Shown one piece after another: positions 50,419-59,219 of a stretch of 64,000 nt of DNA. Numbering within the stretch: the first letter of the stretch is position 1; the number at the start of each line of letters is the position of its first letter. The DNA is taken from NCBI GenBank assembly GCA_032128875.1, contig JAVLKG010000018.1, positions 1 to 64,000 of the forward strand. Direction: 5' to 3'. A model generated the notes under the pieces. It ran no database searches. It worked only from the letters and a program-made list of their open reading frames with translations, and was not told the DNA's origin. The stretch comes from Candidatus Melainabacteria bacterium 17Bon1m. GTDB taxonomy: Bacteria; Cyanobacteriota; Vampirovibrionia; Obscuribacterales; Obscuribacteraceae. A program made the position numbers and the translations under genes.

Positions 50419-51063
50419 ATGCAAAGACCAATTTTCCCCTGGGCGGTGGCACTGGCAGGACTTGTTTCTGCATTGCTGTTGCCTTTTGCGGATGTCTATC
50501 CGCTCGTGCCTGCTTATGTAAGTCAGGCATTTGCCACAGAGCATCGGTATATCCCCGAGGCTGTAGGCATGTTTTTCGCATACATGTTTCAGCATGAGAA
50601 CACGAACTTGCACTGGGTAATGAACTTCATCTTCCTTTTCTGGTTCGGCACAGTCCTCGAGAATGCGATTGGTCATCTTCGCATGCTTGCATTTATTCTC
50701 GGGACGGGCGTATTTGCTGGTCTGGCTCACTATTTTGCCGACCCTGGACTGACCATTCCTGTTGTCGGCCTGTCGGGGGTGATCATTGCGGTAATCGCCG
50801 TGCTCACTGTTGCTACTCCGCGCTTTGCTCTGGTGAGTGTTCCTTCTACAGAACTTACTATCGTGCGCATGTGGCATTTCGGCTTGCTTGTGCTCGGCAC
50901 GCAGTTCTATCACTTCTTGCAAATGGCTCCGGGGGACAAAACTGCTTATTGGATTCATTTCGGCGGCGTTGTCGCCGGACTTGCGCTGTGGTTCTTCTGG
51001 CTTCGTCAGCGCATAGACGACTTCAAGCACAGTCCTGTCGGCGAGCACTTGCTGCAGGGCTGA
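50419..51063 (+). CDS. Rhomboid intramembrane serine protease (S54)
   Basis: MFQH...HWVMN, GLSG catalytic Ser, HFGG catalytic His. Confidence 0.9.
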   Translation: MQRPIFPWAVALAGLVSALLLPFADVYPLVPAYVSQAFATEHRYIPEAVGMFFAYMFQHENTNLHWVMNFIFLFWFGTVLENAIGHLRMLAFILGTGVFAGLAHYFADPGLTIPVVGLSGVIIAVIAVLTVATPRFALVSVPSTELTIVRMWHFGLLVLGTQFYHFLQMAPGDKTAYWIHFGGVVAGLALWFFWLRQRIDDFKHSPVGEHLLQG

Positions 51064-51108
51064 ATATGCACTTTCCCTAAACCTTCCTGAATAGAAGGAG
51101 TAAGAAAT

Positions 51109-52290
51109 ATGAATGCGATATCGAATCTTCGGCTGCGCTCGGCTGGCTCGCTTGCTCTGGCATGTGGTGCCGGTGTGAAAGATGCTTTCGAGCATCCTTT
51201 CGGCCAGTTGCTCTTCTACAGCTGGCTTGTGATGGTGCTGCCGCATGCATATTGGCCGGTGATGGCGGCGATTGTTTTTGCCGTCATGATCCACGAGGTG
51301 GGCCACTGGGTGGTGGCAAGAACCTGCGGTTATCCGATCGATACTTTCTCGATCGGCATTCCGGCTGGACGTGTTCTTGAATTGGGTCGCTTAGGCGGCA
51401 CGATGATTCAGATTACGCCCTACTGGTTTATGGGTGGTTACGTTACTTTCGAGCCGACCGCCGCGAGCGTGATGAATACTCCGGTCTGGAAGCGTGCTTG
51501 CGTTCTGCTCGCCGGCATCGCCTTCAATCTTCTCGGGGCTGTTGGTCTCTATTCGGCAAGCGCCTATATCGTCGGTCATGAAGTCTTTCGCGATGTGCCG
51601 GTCGTGAGTCGCATCAATCAGACTGGTTATGCCGACAAGGCCGGCATGCTTTCCGGTGATACAGTGCTTGCGGTCAACGGGATCGCCACAGGCGGCGCCA
51701 GGCAAGTGATCGTTGCGATTGGGCAGCGCACTTCAGAAGCTGTTCGCTTCGACGTGCTGCGTGCGGGGCGTTCGCTGGAGATAACTGCTCATGCGCCGCT
51801 CAGTCAGAGGCTTGGCATTGAGGTTGGTTTTGTCGAGAGGCATCCGATCGATTTGGCGAGCGCCGTGTCGAGAGGGGCGTCATCCGTCTGGAAAATGCTT
51901 TCTATGACAGGACAGCTTATCTGGACGTCCATCGTCGGAGCCGATGAAGCAGGGACTGCTTCCGGCAAATCGGCGAAGCAAGTTGGTTTTGAGGTCCACG
52001 GAGTGGTCGGGTTCATGCAATTCGCTGCCGGGTCTTTCTCGAAAGGTTGGGCTTCATTCCTGGCGATTGTGGCTGCGTTCAACATCAACTTGGCTATTTT
52101 GAACCTGCTGCCGATACCGCTCCTTGACGGCGGTCATGTCTTCTTTCTTGTGATTGAGAAGTTGCGGGGCCGACCCGTGGCTGTCGAAACGCAGATGAAG
52201 ATCATGAAAGTCTGCATGTGGGGACTGCTTGCCCTGGCACTCTTCGGACTGTACAACGACCTTGCTCATCCATTGTCCGGAATTCACTGA
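51109..52290 (+). CDS. rseP: RseP-like M50 metalloprotease with PDZ domain
   Basis: HEVGH, FSIG, GGYV, AGIAFN, PDZ (AGMLSGDTVLAVNG), NLLPIPLLDGG. Confidence 0.88.
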   Translation: MNAISNLRLRSAGSLALACGAGVKDAFEHPFGQLLFYSWLVMVLPHAYWPVMAAIVFAVMIHEVGHWVVARTCGYPIDTFSIGIPAGRVLELGRLGGTMIQITPYWFMGGYVTFEPTAASVMNTPVWKRACVLLAGIAFNLLGAVGLYSASAYIVGHEVFRDVPVVSRINQTGYADKAGMLSGDTVLAVNGIATGGARQVIVAIGQRTSEAVRFDVLRAGRSLEITAHAPLSQRLGIEVGFVERHPIDLASAVSRGASSVWKMLSMTGQLIWTSIVGADEAGTASGKSAKQVGFEVHGVVGFMQFAAGSFSKGWASFLAIVAAFNINLAILNLLPIPLLDGGHVFFLVIEKLRGRPVAVETQMKIMKVCMWGLLALALFGLYNDLAHPLSGIH

Positions 52291-52401
52291 AGGGCATGAG
52301 AGTGCCTGGGGGTGTCCGCCCTTTCATTATGAGCCGGGCGGGCGCTCATTTTTGCAATAAGAGAAGATCACGCGTCTTCTCTACAGAAAAGGAGACTGAC
52401 T

Positions 52402-53244
52402 TTGTCAAAAGAAGAGAAAAAGCCACTGAGCGGAAAAACGCTCTTCATCACTGGTGCCAGTCGCGGCATCGGACTCGAAATTGGAAAACGTGCCGCTGCC
52501 GATGGTGCCAACGTCGTGGTTGCCGCTAAATCCGAGAGCGAGAATCCGAAGCTTCCCGGCACCATCTACACGGCCGCCAAGGAGATTGAAGATGCCGGCG
52601 GCACCGCACTGGCAGTAAAATGCGACGTGCGTAACGAGGACGAGATCATTGCCGCAATTGAGGAGGCGATTAAGACCTTCGGCGGGATCGACATTCTCGT
52701 CAATAACGCTTCGGCGCTCTCCATGACCTCTACGGAAAAGACTGAGCTGAAGCGCTTTCGTCTGATGCATGAGGTCAACGGCGCCGGTTCTTTCTTCATG
52801 GCCAAGCACGCCATTCCCCACCTGCGCAAGGCTGCGAACCCGCACATCCTTACCATGTCGCCGCCGCTTTCGCAGATGTCCGGTAAGTGGCTGGGACCAC
52901 AACTGGCTTATGCTATGTCGAAGTACTCGATGAGCATGGTCACAATGGGGCTTGCTGCTGAGCTGTCTCCTGATGGGATCGCAGCCAATTCGCTCTGGCC
53001 CAAAACCCTCATCGATACGGCTGCTGTTCGTCATTTGCCGGGCGGTGAAGAACTTGTGAAACACGCGCGCTCCGCTCGTATCGTCGCGGACGCTGCATAC
53101 CATATTCTTACGCGCTCTGCCAAGGAGTGCACCGGCCAGTTCTTCGTCGACGAGGATGTTCTGAGAGAGTCCGGCATCGAGGATCTCGAGCAGTACGCCG
53201 TGGTGACGGGCAACAAGTTGCACGCCGACATCTTCCTGGATTAA
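52402..53244 (+). CDS. Short-chain dehydrogenase/reductase (HSDL2-like)
   Basis: TGASRGIG, NNAS, YAMSK, NSLWP; TTG start after AAGGAG. Confidence 0.92.
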   Translation: MSKEEKKPLSGKTLFITGASRGIGLEIGKRAAADGANVVVAAKSESENPKLPGTIYTAAKEIEDAGGTALAVKCDVRNEDEIIAAIEEAIKTFGGIDILVNNASALSMTSTEKTELKRFRLMHEVNGAGSFFMAKHAIPHLRKAANPHILTMSPPLSQMSGKWLGPQLAYAMSKYSMSMVTMGLAAELSPDGIAANSLWPKTLIDTAAVRHLPGGEELVKHARSARIVADAAYHILTRSAKECTGQFFVDEDVLRESGIEDLEQYAVVTGNKLHADIFLD

Positions 53245-53566
53245 GGCTGCGGTGTGATAGCTCGAACTGTGTATGCGCGAGAAATCGCGCATACACTTTC
53301 TACTTCTTCTAGCTTTCCTTCGTCACCGGTATACTAGACAAGGTGGTAGGTCGTTAGTCTTCCGCCCGGGTATCAAGTGAAGTTTGGCGAATACGATGGA
53401 AAGCCTGTGCAAATCAAGGTCTATCCGCCTGGTCTTGCACGTGGTGTTGATTCGCCAGGCACAGTCGGTTATAGCACCGGGGTGGGTCTCGGGCGTGGAA
53501 GCAAGATGGTTATTGCTCCTCATATGGAATGACCACAAAGGCTTCTTGAGCATAGAACAGGTAAAC

Positions 53567-53594
53567 GGCCGGTAACGCTTCGCCGGCCTTCTTT
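53567..53594 (+). terminator. Intrinsic terminator
   Basis: GGCCGG-loop-CCGGCC followed by TTCTTT. Confidence 0.5.
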
Positions 53595-53611
53595 GCTAAT
53601 TCCGTAATACG

Positions 53612-53645
53612 TTTGACGAAAATTTGACGGGCAAATGACTAGCAT
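53612..53645 (+). promoter_or_regulatory. TTTGAY-N5-TTTGAY-N11-(-10) promoter box
   Basis: TTTGAC gaaaa TTTGAC gggcaaatgac TAGCAT, upstream of the SLT gene. Confidence 0.7.
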
Positions 53646-53686
53646 TACAGTTGAGCTTCCAGCCGCCTTACCAGAGAGTTTCCAAT

Positions 53687-54787
53687 ATGACTGAATTGCA
53701 TTCGCGTTCCTCTTTGGAGCGCCGCCATCCCCATGAAGATCGTGATTCTGCAAATTCTCATGCCCGAGGCTGGGCTGATGTTTACAGCAGCAGAATAGAA
53801 AGACCCAATCCTTCCGTTTACCAGCCTGGACAGTCCGCGCACGAGTTTGTCCAGAAGCATTTGCATGGAACGGAACTGTATGATTCCGCCGAGACCAAAG
53901 GCGGGACGAACCGTTCGCACGGTGCCGCTGGCGGAGACAAAGGTCGCTCAGACAGAGCAGGCGGAAGCGAGCGCTCGGCTTTGGGGGCGCCCGATGATAC
54001 CCAAAGGAAAAGGGAAGTACATGAAACTGGCGCCAAGATAGCCGACCATCTCAAGAAAGATCCTCATGACTTCAAATACGTATTTGGCGAGCTTGATGCA
54101 TTGCACAAAAAGGACCCCGCACACCTGGGCGAAAATCTGCGCGAAGTAAATGATGCCTTGCATGAGAAGGGGCTGCTCAAAGGAATGTCGATTGTTCGCG
54201 ACAATAGAGATGGGCATGAAGGTTGGGCTGTCGTAGCTGAAGATAAGAGCAACGTAAATCCCAAACATAACAGAACGATGGTCAGCACCAGTCATGAAGC
54301 CCATGAGTCCTCGACATTGAAGCATCATTATTCAAGCATGCATTACAGACGCGGGCACTATAACGGTTGGCATCAATCCGTCGAAGGCGGTGGTGGCGGT
54401 GATGGTGGCTTCGATAAACACGCCGTTGGCGGGCATGTTCCACCGGGTGCACGTCGCGAATTGATTGAAAAGGCTCTCCAACTGGCGGGTGTGCCGGTGA
54501 CAGAACAAAATATCTCCGCTGTAAATAAAATCGTCACGCGAGAGAGCGGATGGAATCCGAACATTACAAACAACTGGGACATCAACGCCAAAAGAGGTCA
54601 TCCCTCAACGGGTTTGATGCAGACGATACCCTCTACGTTCTCTCGATATGCGCTGCCCGGAATGAACAACAATATCCATGATCCGCTCTCTAATCTGGTT
54701 GCAGGAATACGCTACGCAGAGGCGCGATATGGACGGCACGGTCTGTCGGGTGTCGCCAAAGTAGCGAGCCGTCCGGGCGGATACTAA
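53687..54787 (+). CDS. Protein with C-terminal lytic transglycosylase (SLT) domain
   Basis: RESGWNP catalytic Glu, NNWDINA, GLMQTIPSTF, DPLSN..AGIRY..RYG. His-rich disordered N-terminus; no signal peptide. Confidence 0.88.
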   Translation: MTELHSRSSLERRHPHEDRDSANSHARGWADVYSSRIERPNPSVYQPGQSAHEFVQKHLHGTELYDSAETKGGTNRSHGAAGGDKGRSDRAGGSERSALGAPDDTQRKREVHETGAKIADHLKKDPHDFKYVFGELDALHKKDPAHLGENLREVNDALHEKGLLKGMSIVRDNRDGHEGWAVVAEDKSNVNPKHNRTMVSTSHEAHESSTLKHHYSSMHYRRGHYNGWHQSVEGGGGGDGGFDKHAVGGHVPPGARRELIEKALQLAGVPVTEQNISAVNKIVTRESGWNPNITNNWDINAKRGHPSTGLMQTIPSTFSRYALPGMNNNIHDPLSNLVAGIRYAEARYGRHGLSGVAKVASRPGGY

Positions 54788-54835
54788 ATGGAAAAAGCAG
54801 AAATTGCTCACTCCTTGAAAGATTCGCTGCATCCA

Positions 54836-54869
54836 TTTGACGAGAAATTGATATCGCCATTCGTATAAC
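54836..54869 (+). promoter_or_regulatory. TTTGAY-N5-TTTGAY-N11-(-10) promoter box (variant)
   Basis: TTTGAC gagaa ATTGAT atcgccattcg TATAAC. Confidence 0.65.
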
Positions 54870-54875
54870 TTGTAC

Positions 54876-54961
54876 AGAGCTTATGTTTAACGCGACAGTG
54901 GCTCTCAGAGGACGAATAAAAAGGTGTCGAAGCTGGAGCCGGCTAGTCCGCTCCAGTTTTT
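54876..54961 (+). ncRNA. Candidate sRNA (~86 nt)
   Basis: Promoter box, then terminator CTGGAGC-loop-GCTCCAG-TTTTT (54933-54961). The next gene is convergent, so there is no downstream ORF to drive. Confidence 0.45.
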
Positions 54962-54966
54962 GACGT

Positions 54967-55659
54967 TTAGTCCTTCTTCTTCTTCTTCTTTCCAGAAGGC
55001 ATGCGATAACCCACTCTCGGAATATTTTCGATAACTGCGCATGCGCTGTCGTCGATCTTGTATCTAATTCGCTTCAAGGAAGAACGCAGTGCCTCTCCCG
55101 TGGCATCGCTTTCGGAGTGCCAAACGCGCTCCAGCAGGGCGTTATTACTGAATATTTGATCAGGATGCCGCATGAAAAATTCAAGAAGAGCAAAGTCTAT
55201 TGGAAGCAGGTGGATCTCTGTGCCTGCTTTGGAAACCTTCCTGGTGGATGGATCGAGGACCAAATCTTTTACTTGCAAGATGTTTGCCGTTACCACCTGA
55301 GGGCGACGAAGAAGTGCGCGCAAGCGCGCTGACAACTCACGCAAATCAAAGGGTTTGGTCAAATAATCATCTGCTCCTGCGTCCAGCCCCGATTCTTTAT
55401 CGGTGATGGTACTGCGCGCGGTGACAAAGAGGATCGGTGTCTTGCCGCCTCTTTCTCTAAACTCTTTGAGGATATTCATTCCCGACAGACCCGGCAATGA
55501 CCAATCTAGAATTATCAAGTCGTAAGTGCAGCAGAGGAGTCGGTCCAGCCCTTCTCTGCCATCAACGAAGTGCTCGACAAGATGCTGTTCGGATTTGAGA
55601 AACTCGCAGACCGTGAAGCTCAAGTCTGCATCATCTTCTACTAACAATATTTTTGCCAT
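54967..55659 (-). CDS. OmpR/PhoB-family response regulator
   Basis: KILLVEDD, LDWSLP, GADDYLTKPF, winged helix (NIPRVGY). Confidence 0.93.
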   Translation of the reverse strand: MAKILLVEDDADLSFTVCEFLKSEQHLVEHFVDGREGLDRLLCCTYDLIILDWSLPGLSGMNILKEFRERGGKTPILFVTARSTITDKESGLDAGADDYLTKPFDLRELSARLRALLRRPQVVTANILQVKDLVLDPSTRKVSKAGTEIHLLPIDFALLEFFMRHPDQIFSNNALLERVWHSESDATGEALRSSLKRIRYKIDDSACAVIENIPRVGYRMPSGKKKKKKD

Positions 55660-55855
55660 GTGGTCTTTCTGGCGCGCGGGACGATACAAAATCATAAACC
55701 ATCTTGGGCTAACTTCCATGACGCAAATAGCCTCCCAGGGGGAGGCTATTTGTGGGCTCTGTCGTTAGGCGGGGGAAAAACTTTTGATTTCGAGTAGTGG
55801 GCGCACGTTTTTGCTGGGAAGACAGCCGTGCGCCCGCTCTCGGTTTTTGCTCAAG

Positions 55856-56953
55856 CTAATCGATATCGCGATTTCCTGTCGGATAGAAGGTGGCTTCGTC
55901 ACTGTGTCCTGGTCTCAGGTTTAGATTAGGTCTTAAAGTTCGATTTCCGTAGGTGTCTATACTCGGTCCGAAATCGAGAGTTTGATCGTCGAGTTTCAAT
56001 CCTACGCCTGCAGCTGCGGAGGAATTTTCACCGACATTGAAGTGTGCTCCTGACCTGACGCCGAAAGCGTCCGCAACGCCGGTGTTCGCTCCAGTGTAAG
56101 CATTAAAACCTTGTGGTCCTATGCCGGCGCCAGCATCAGCTTGCACATCTACGGGCCAGGCGCGTCCTCTGACATCGCCGCTGACACCGGTATTCTTGCC
56201 CAGGCTGGCACCAAAGTCCGCGTCTCCGTTAACCAGGTCGAAGAAATTGGCTCCTGCTCCCACTTCACTATGGATGCCATCTTTTTCAAATCCGAGATTT
56301 GCATTCGCTCTTGCGTGAAGCGGTCCGCCATAAGGCATGAATTCCGCGTTTACGCCAGTGTTCTTTCCGAGTGAAACTTCCGTACTGGCAATGCCGACAT
56401 TTACTCCTGTTTCCAAAGAGCCGTCTCGCACTCCGAGTTTGACGATACCTAAATCCAGTCCCTGAAATTCGCCTCTGTCTCTGTTGTAGGCTGCATCATA
56501 TGCTGGAGAATTCGGTGCTTCTGGCGCAAAATTACTGTGAGGTGCATAACCAGGATGAGGGATTTCGACGGGTTTTAGATCATACTGAGTTCTTGTATCT
56601 AAATATTCAGCTCTCAATTTGCTTTCTGCTTCTCGCTGCCGAGCCTCGGCATCTATTTCGGCGTCTAATTCGGCTTTTAGTGCAGCTTCTTTCTGCCTTT
56701 GCATTTCCTTCTCGCGTTCTTCTTTCGCGTGTTTTTGCGCGGCTTCTTCGGCGTCGACCTCTTTCATTGCCTTCGACCAAGCCTTAGGATCTTTTTTCGA
56801 GATCTTTTCCCTTTGGTCTAATGCCCAGTCCCAAGCTGCTGGATCATCGCTTTTCCAGGCGTCCCAGGCGGCATGCGCAGACTGGATGTGTTGTTCGGTG
56901 TGCTTGTTTCCTGCGTGACTTGTTCTTCTTTCTGTGGTGGAATGTGCGTCCAT
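55856..56953 (-). CDS. Orphan protein: coiled coil plus Gly-rich beta-strand region
   Basis: AAGGA SD; charged helical N-half and GVNAE/GAGAN/AGVG-type strands in the C-half. Confidence 0.75.
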   Translation of the reverse strand: MDAHSTTERRTSHAGNKHTEQHIQSAHAAWDAWKSDDPAAWDWALDQREKISKKDPKAWSKAMKEVDAEEAAQKHAKEEREKEMQRQKEAALKAELDAEIDAEARQREAESKLRAEYLDTRTQYDLKPVEIPHPGYAPHSNFAPEAPNSPAYDAAYNRDRGEFQGLDLGIVKLGVRDGSLETGVNVGIASTEVSLGKNTGVNAEFMPYGGPLHARANANLGFEKDGIHSEVGAGANFFDLVNGDADFGASLGKNTGVSGDVRGRAWPVDVQADAGAGIGPQGFNAYTGANTGVADAFGVRSGAHFNVGENSSAAAGVGLKLDDQTLDFGPSIDTYGNRTLRPNLNLRPGHSDEATFYPTGNRDID

Positions 56954-57135
56954 AAAGCTGGTTCCTTGCGGCTCGAGAGGGAGATGACATAAGCCTTACG
57001 AGTAAGCGACTCTTCGTGCGGCGCTTTGCTTACAACCATTTTTCCGGCAACTTATGGCGGATTTGTGGCGATGCAAAACATAGTCCACGCAAGCCTTTGG
57101 GGGATTTGCCCCTGGCTTTCGCCGCCTGTAAAAAC

Positions 57136-58974
57136 CTAATGCGAGTCTGATGCTTCGGAGATGTTTGCGAGTGCCTTTTCATGCAGTGGAATAGTGAAGA
57201 TAAATATGCTTCCCACTGCATCCTGAGGGGATTCAACGACGATTGTGCCACCGTGCAATTCAACTATTGCTTTGCAGATTGCCAGGCCCAAACCCGTTCC
57301 GTTCATCTGCGTCGAGTCAATATCTTGCACCTGTTGAAATCGATTGAAGATCGCCTCTTGCATCTCTTTTGGCACGCCGCGTCCTTCGTCCTGAATGCGG
57401 ACTTCAACTGCTTTGTCTTTTATAGATGCAGCAAATTTTATGGTGCCGCCAGGAGGTGAATATTTGACTGCGTTCGAGGCTATATTGACGAGCACTTGCG
57501 CAATGCGGTCTGGATCTGCAAAAACATCAATCACAGTGTCTGCAACTTCGATTTTTAATGACTTCTCTTCTGCTAGAGGAGCAATTATCTGAAGGCAAGA
57601 ATCAAATAAGTTTGCAACTGGAATTTCTGTTTTGTTGAGTTGCATCTTTCTGGCTCTGATCTTTTCTATTTCCAGAAGATCGTTGATGAGAGTCAACATT
57701 CGTCTGCTTGCCGAATCCGCGCGAAGCACGAGGGTCTGAGCTGAATCCGGCAGCTCTCCTGCTTTCCCCAGAACGAGCATCTCGTGCAAATGGCGAACCG
57801 CAGTCAGCGGCGTGCGAAGGTCGTGGCTGACCATCGCAATTACCTCTTGTTTTATCCTTTCAGCTTCTTTTCTTTCCGTCACGTCATGCAGTACGCAAAA
57901 GTATGTTTCTTCTTCCCCTGACCAATAGACTGAGAAGAGGATGTCTACTGGCTTCCCGTCTTTTCTGATCATTCTTGTTTCAATAATTTCTTGACCATGT
58001 GATTTCAAAAGGTTTTCCATGCAGCCTTTGACATGGTCTTTGTCTTCCGGTAAAACCAGCTCGACGTAGGGTTTTGCAAGCAGCTCTTTTGGCTCGTAGC
58101 CTAATATTTTCACCGCGGCCGGATTAATAGCGGCGAATTTTCCCTGCTTATCGATAGAGCAAATTACATCATTGGCATTGTCGATTAATGCTCGCTCTAC
58201 ATGAATGGCTCGTGCAAGGGCTTCAGCCATTTTGTGAAACACCTGATCGAGTTGGGCGATTTCATCATGCCCTGATAGCGAGGGGAGCAACTGCTCGTTG
58301 CGAGCCAGCCGTTGGCTGTTCTCGGATAGGACAGCGAGTCTTCTGGTGATGCCTTTGCTGACGATAACGGCCAAAACTATTGTCAGAATGACGCTGAAGC
58401 CAATCGCTACGGATAATTGTTGGCTGATAAGCTGTCGATAGTAAGCTTGTCTTTCGGGACTCTTATCGCCTATTTCATGCTGGCTCCTAGCCAAAGAGAG
58501 CAGCTCTGGCGAGACTATCTGCTTCAGTCTCACGTTGAGCGATTTTTGCAGACGAATGAATTCTTCCATATCGCCTCGATTGAATGCCGCATTCATTGCA
58601 TCAAGGCTATTATCAGCATCGCGGGCGCGCTCTTGGACCTGATTCATCAAAGCTGAAGCGCTTGCATCATCTTTAACGAGTTCGCTGACAAAGCGCATGT
58701 CCTGAAGCGCTTTCGCCACCATCGCGTCCTTGCGAGCTTTTACACGCGCATCTTGCGCAAGGGCTGCCGACTTCAATGTGGTCAGCATGTCATAGAAGTC
58801 ACGCACGATGAGATTTATCGTGTCACTAATCTGCCTTGCTTTCTCAGCTTTGCGCGCTTCTTCCTGCGCTCGATTGTATAAATCGGCAAGTACTGAGTAC
58901 GAGATCAATTCGAATATGAGCGGAACTGCAACAAGAATCAAACCTTTGTGAAAGAGAGAAATTCGAAGATGCAT
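57136..58974 (-). CDS. Sensor histidine kinase (TM-HAMP-PAS-HisKA-HATPase)
   Basis: VSHDLRTPL, NIASNAVKYS, DEGRG, GTGLGL; PAS (INPAAVKILGY...HDVTERK). Confidence 0.93.
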   Translation of the reverse strand: MHLRISLFHKGLILVAVPLIFELISYSVLADLYNRAQEEARKAEKARQISDTINLIVRDFYDMLTTLKSAALAQDARVKARKDAMVAKALQDMRFVSELVKDDASASALMNQVQERARDADNSLDAMNAAFNRGDMEEFIRLQKSLNVRLKQIVSPELLSLARSQHEIGDKSPERQAYYRQLISQQLSVAIGFSVILTIVLAVIVSKGITRRLAVLSENSQRLARNEQLLPSLSGHDEIAQLDQVFHKMAEALARAIHVERALIDNANDVICSIDKQGKFAAINPAAVKILGYEPKELLAKPYVELVLPEDKDHVKGCMENLLKSHGQEIIETRMIRKDGKPVDILFSVYWSGEEETYFCVLHDVTERKEAERIKQEVIAMVSHDLRTPLTAVRHLHEMLVLGKAGELPDSAQTLVLRADSASRRMLTLINDLLEIEKIRARKMQLNKTEIPVANLFDSCLQIIAPLAEEKSLKIEVADTVIDVFADPDRIAQVLVNIASNAVKYSPPGGTIKFAASIKDKAVEVRIQDEGRGVPKEMQEAIFNRFQQVQDIDSTQMNGTGLGLAICKAIVELHGGTIVVESPQDAVGSIFIFTIPLHEKALANISEASDSH

Positions 58975-59113
58975 TCTGGAATTCGATGGTTGCGGACAGA
59001 CGTGAATATTGTATCCCGAAGAATTGTAGACATTAGGAGACGGTCAAACGTGGACAAGGCGGTCGATAATGTAAAGCCTCACGGTGACTGGATAATCGGC
59101 TGGCTCTGATGGA

Positions 59114-59147
59114 TTTGATGAGAATTTGACTGGGGCGCGTGCACCAT
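59114..59147 (+). promoter_or_regulatory. TTTGAY-N5-TTTGAY-N11-(-10) promoter box
   Basis: TTTGAT gagaa TTTGAC tggggcgcgtg CACCAT, upstream of the 59220 gene. Confidence 0.7.
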
Positions 59148-59219
59148 GTCAGCACCAATCATCTGCGCACAGCGATGCGAACCACGCCACCGATTTCAAC
59201 AGCTGCAGGAGTTTTACGA

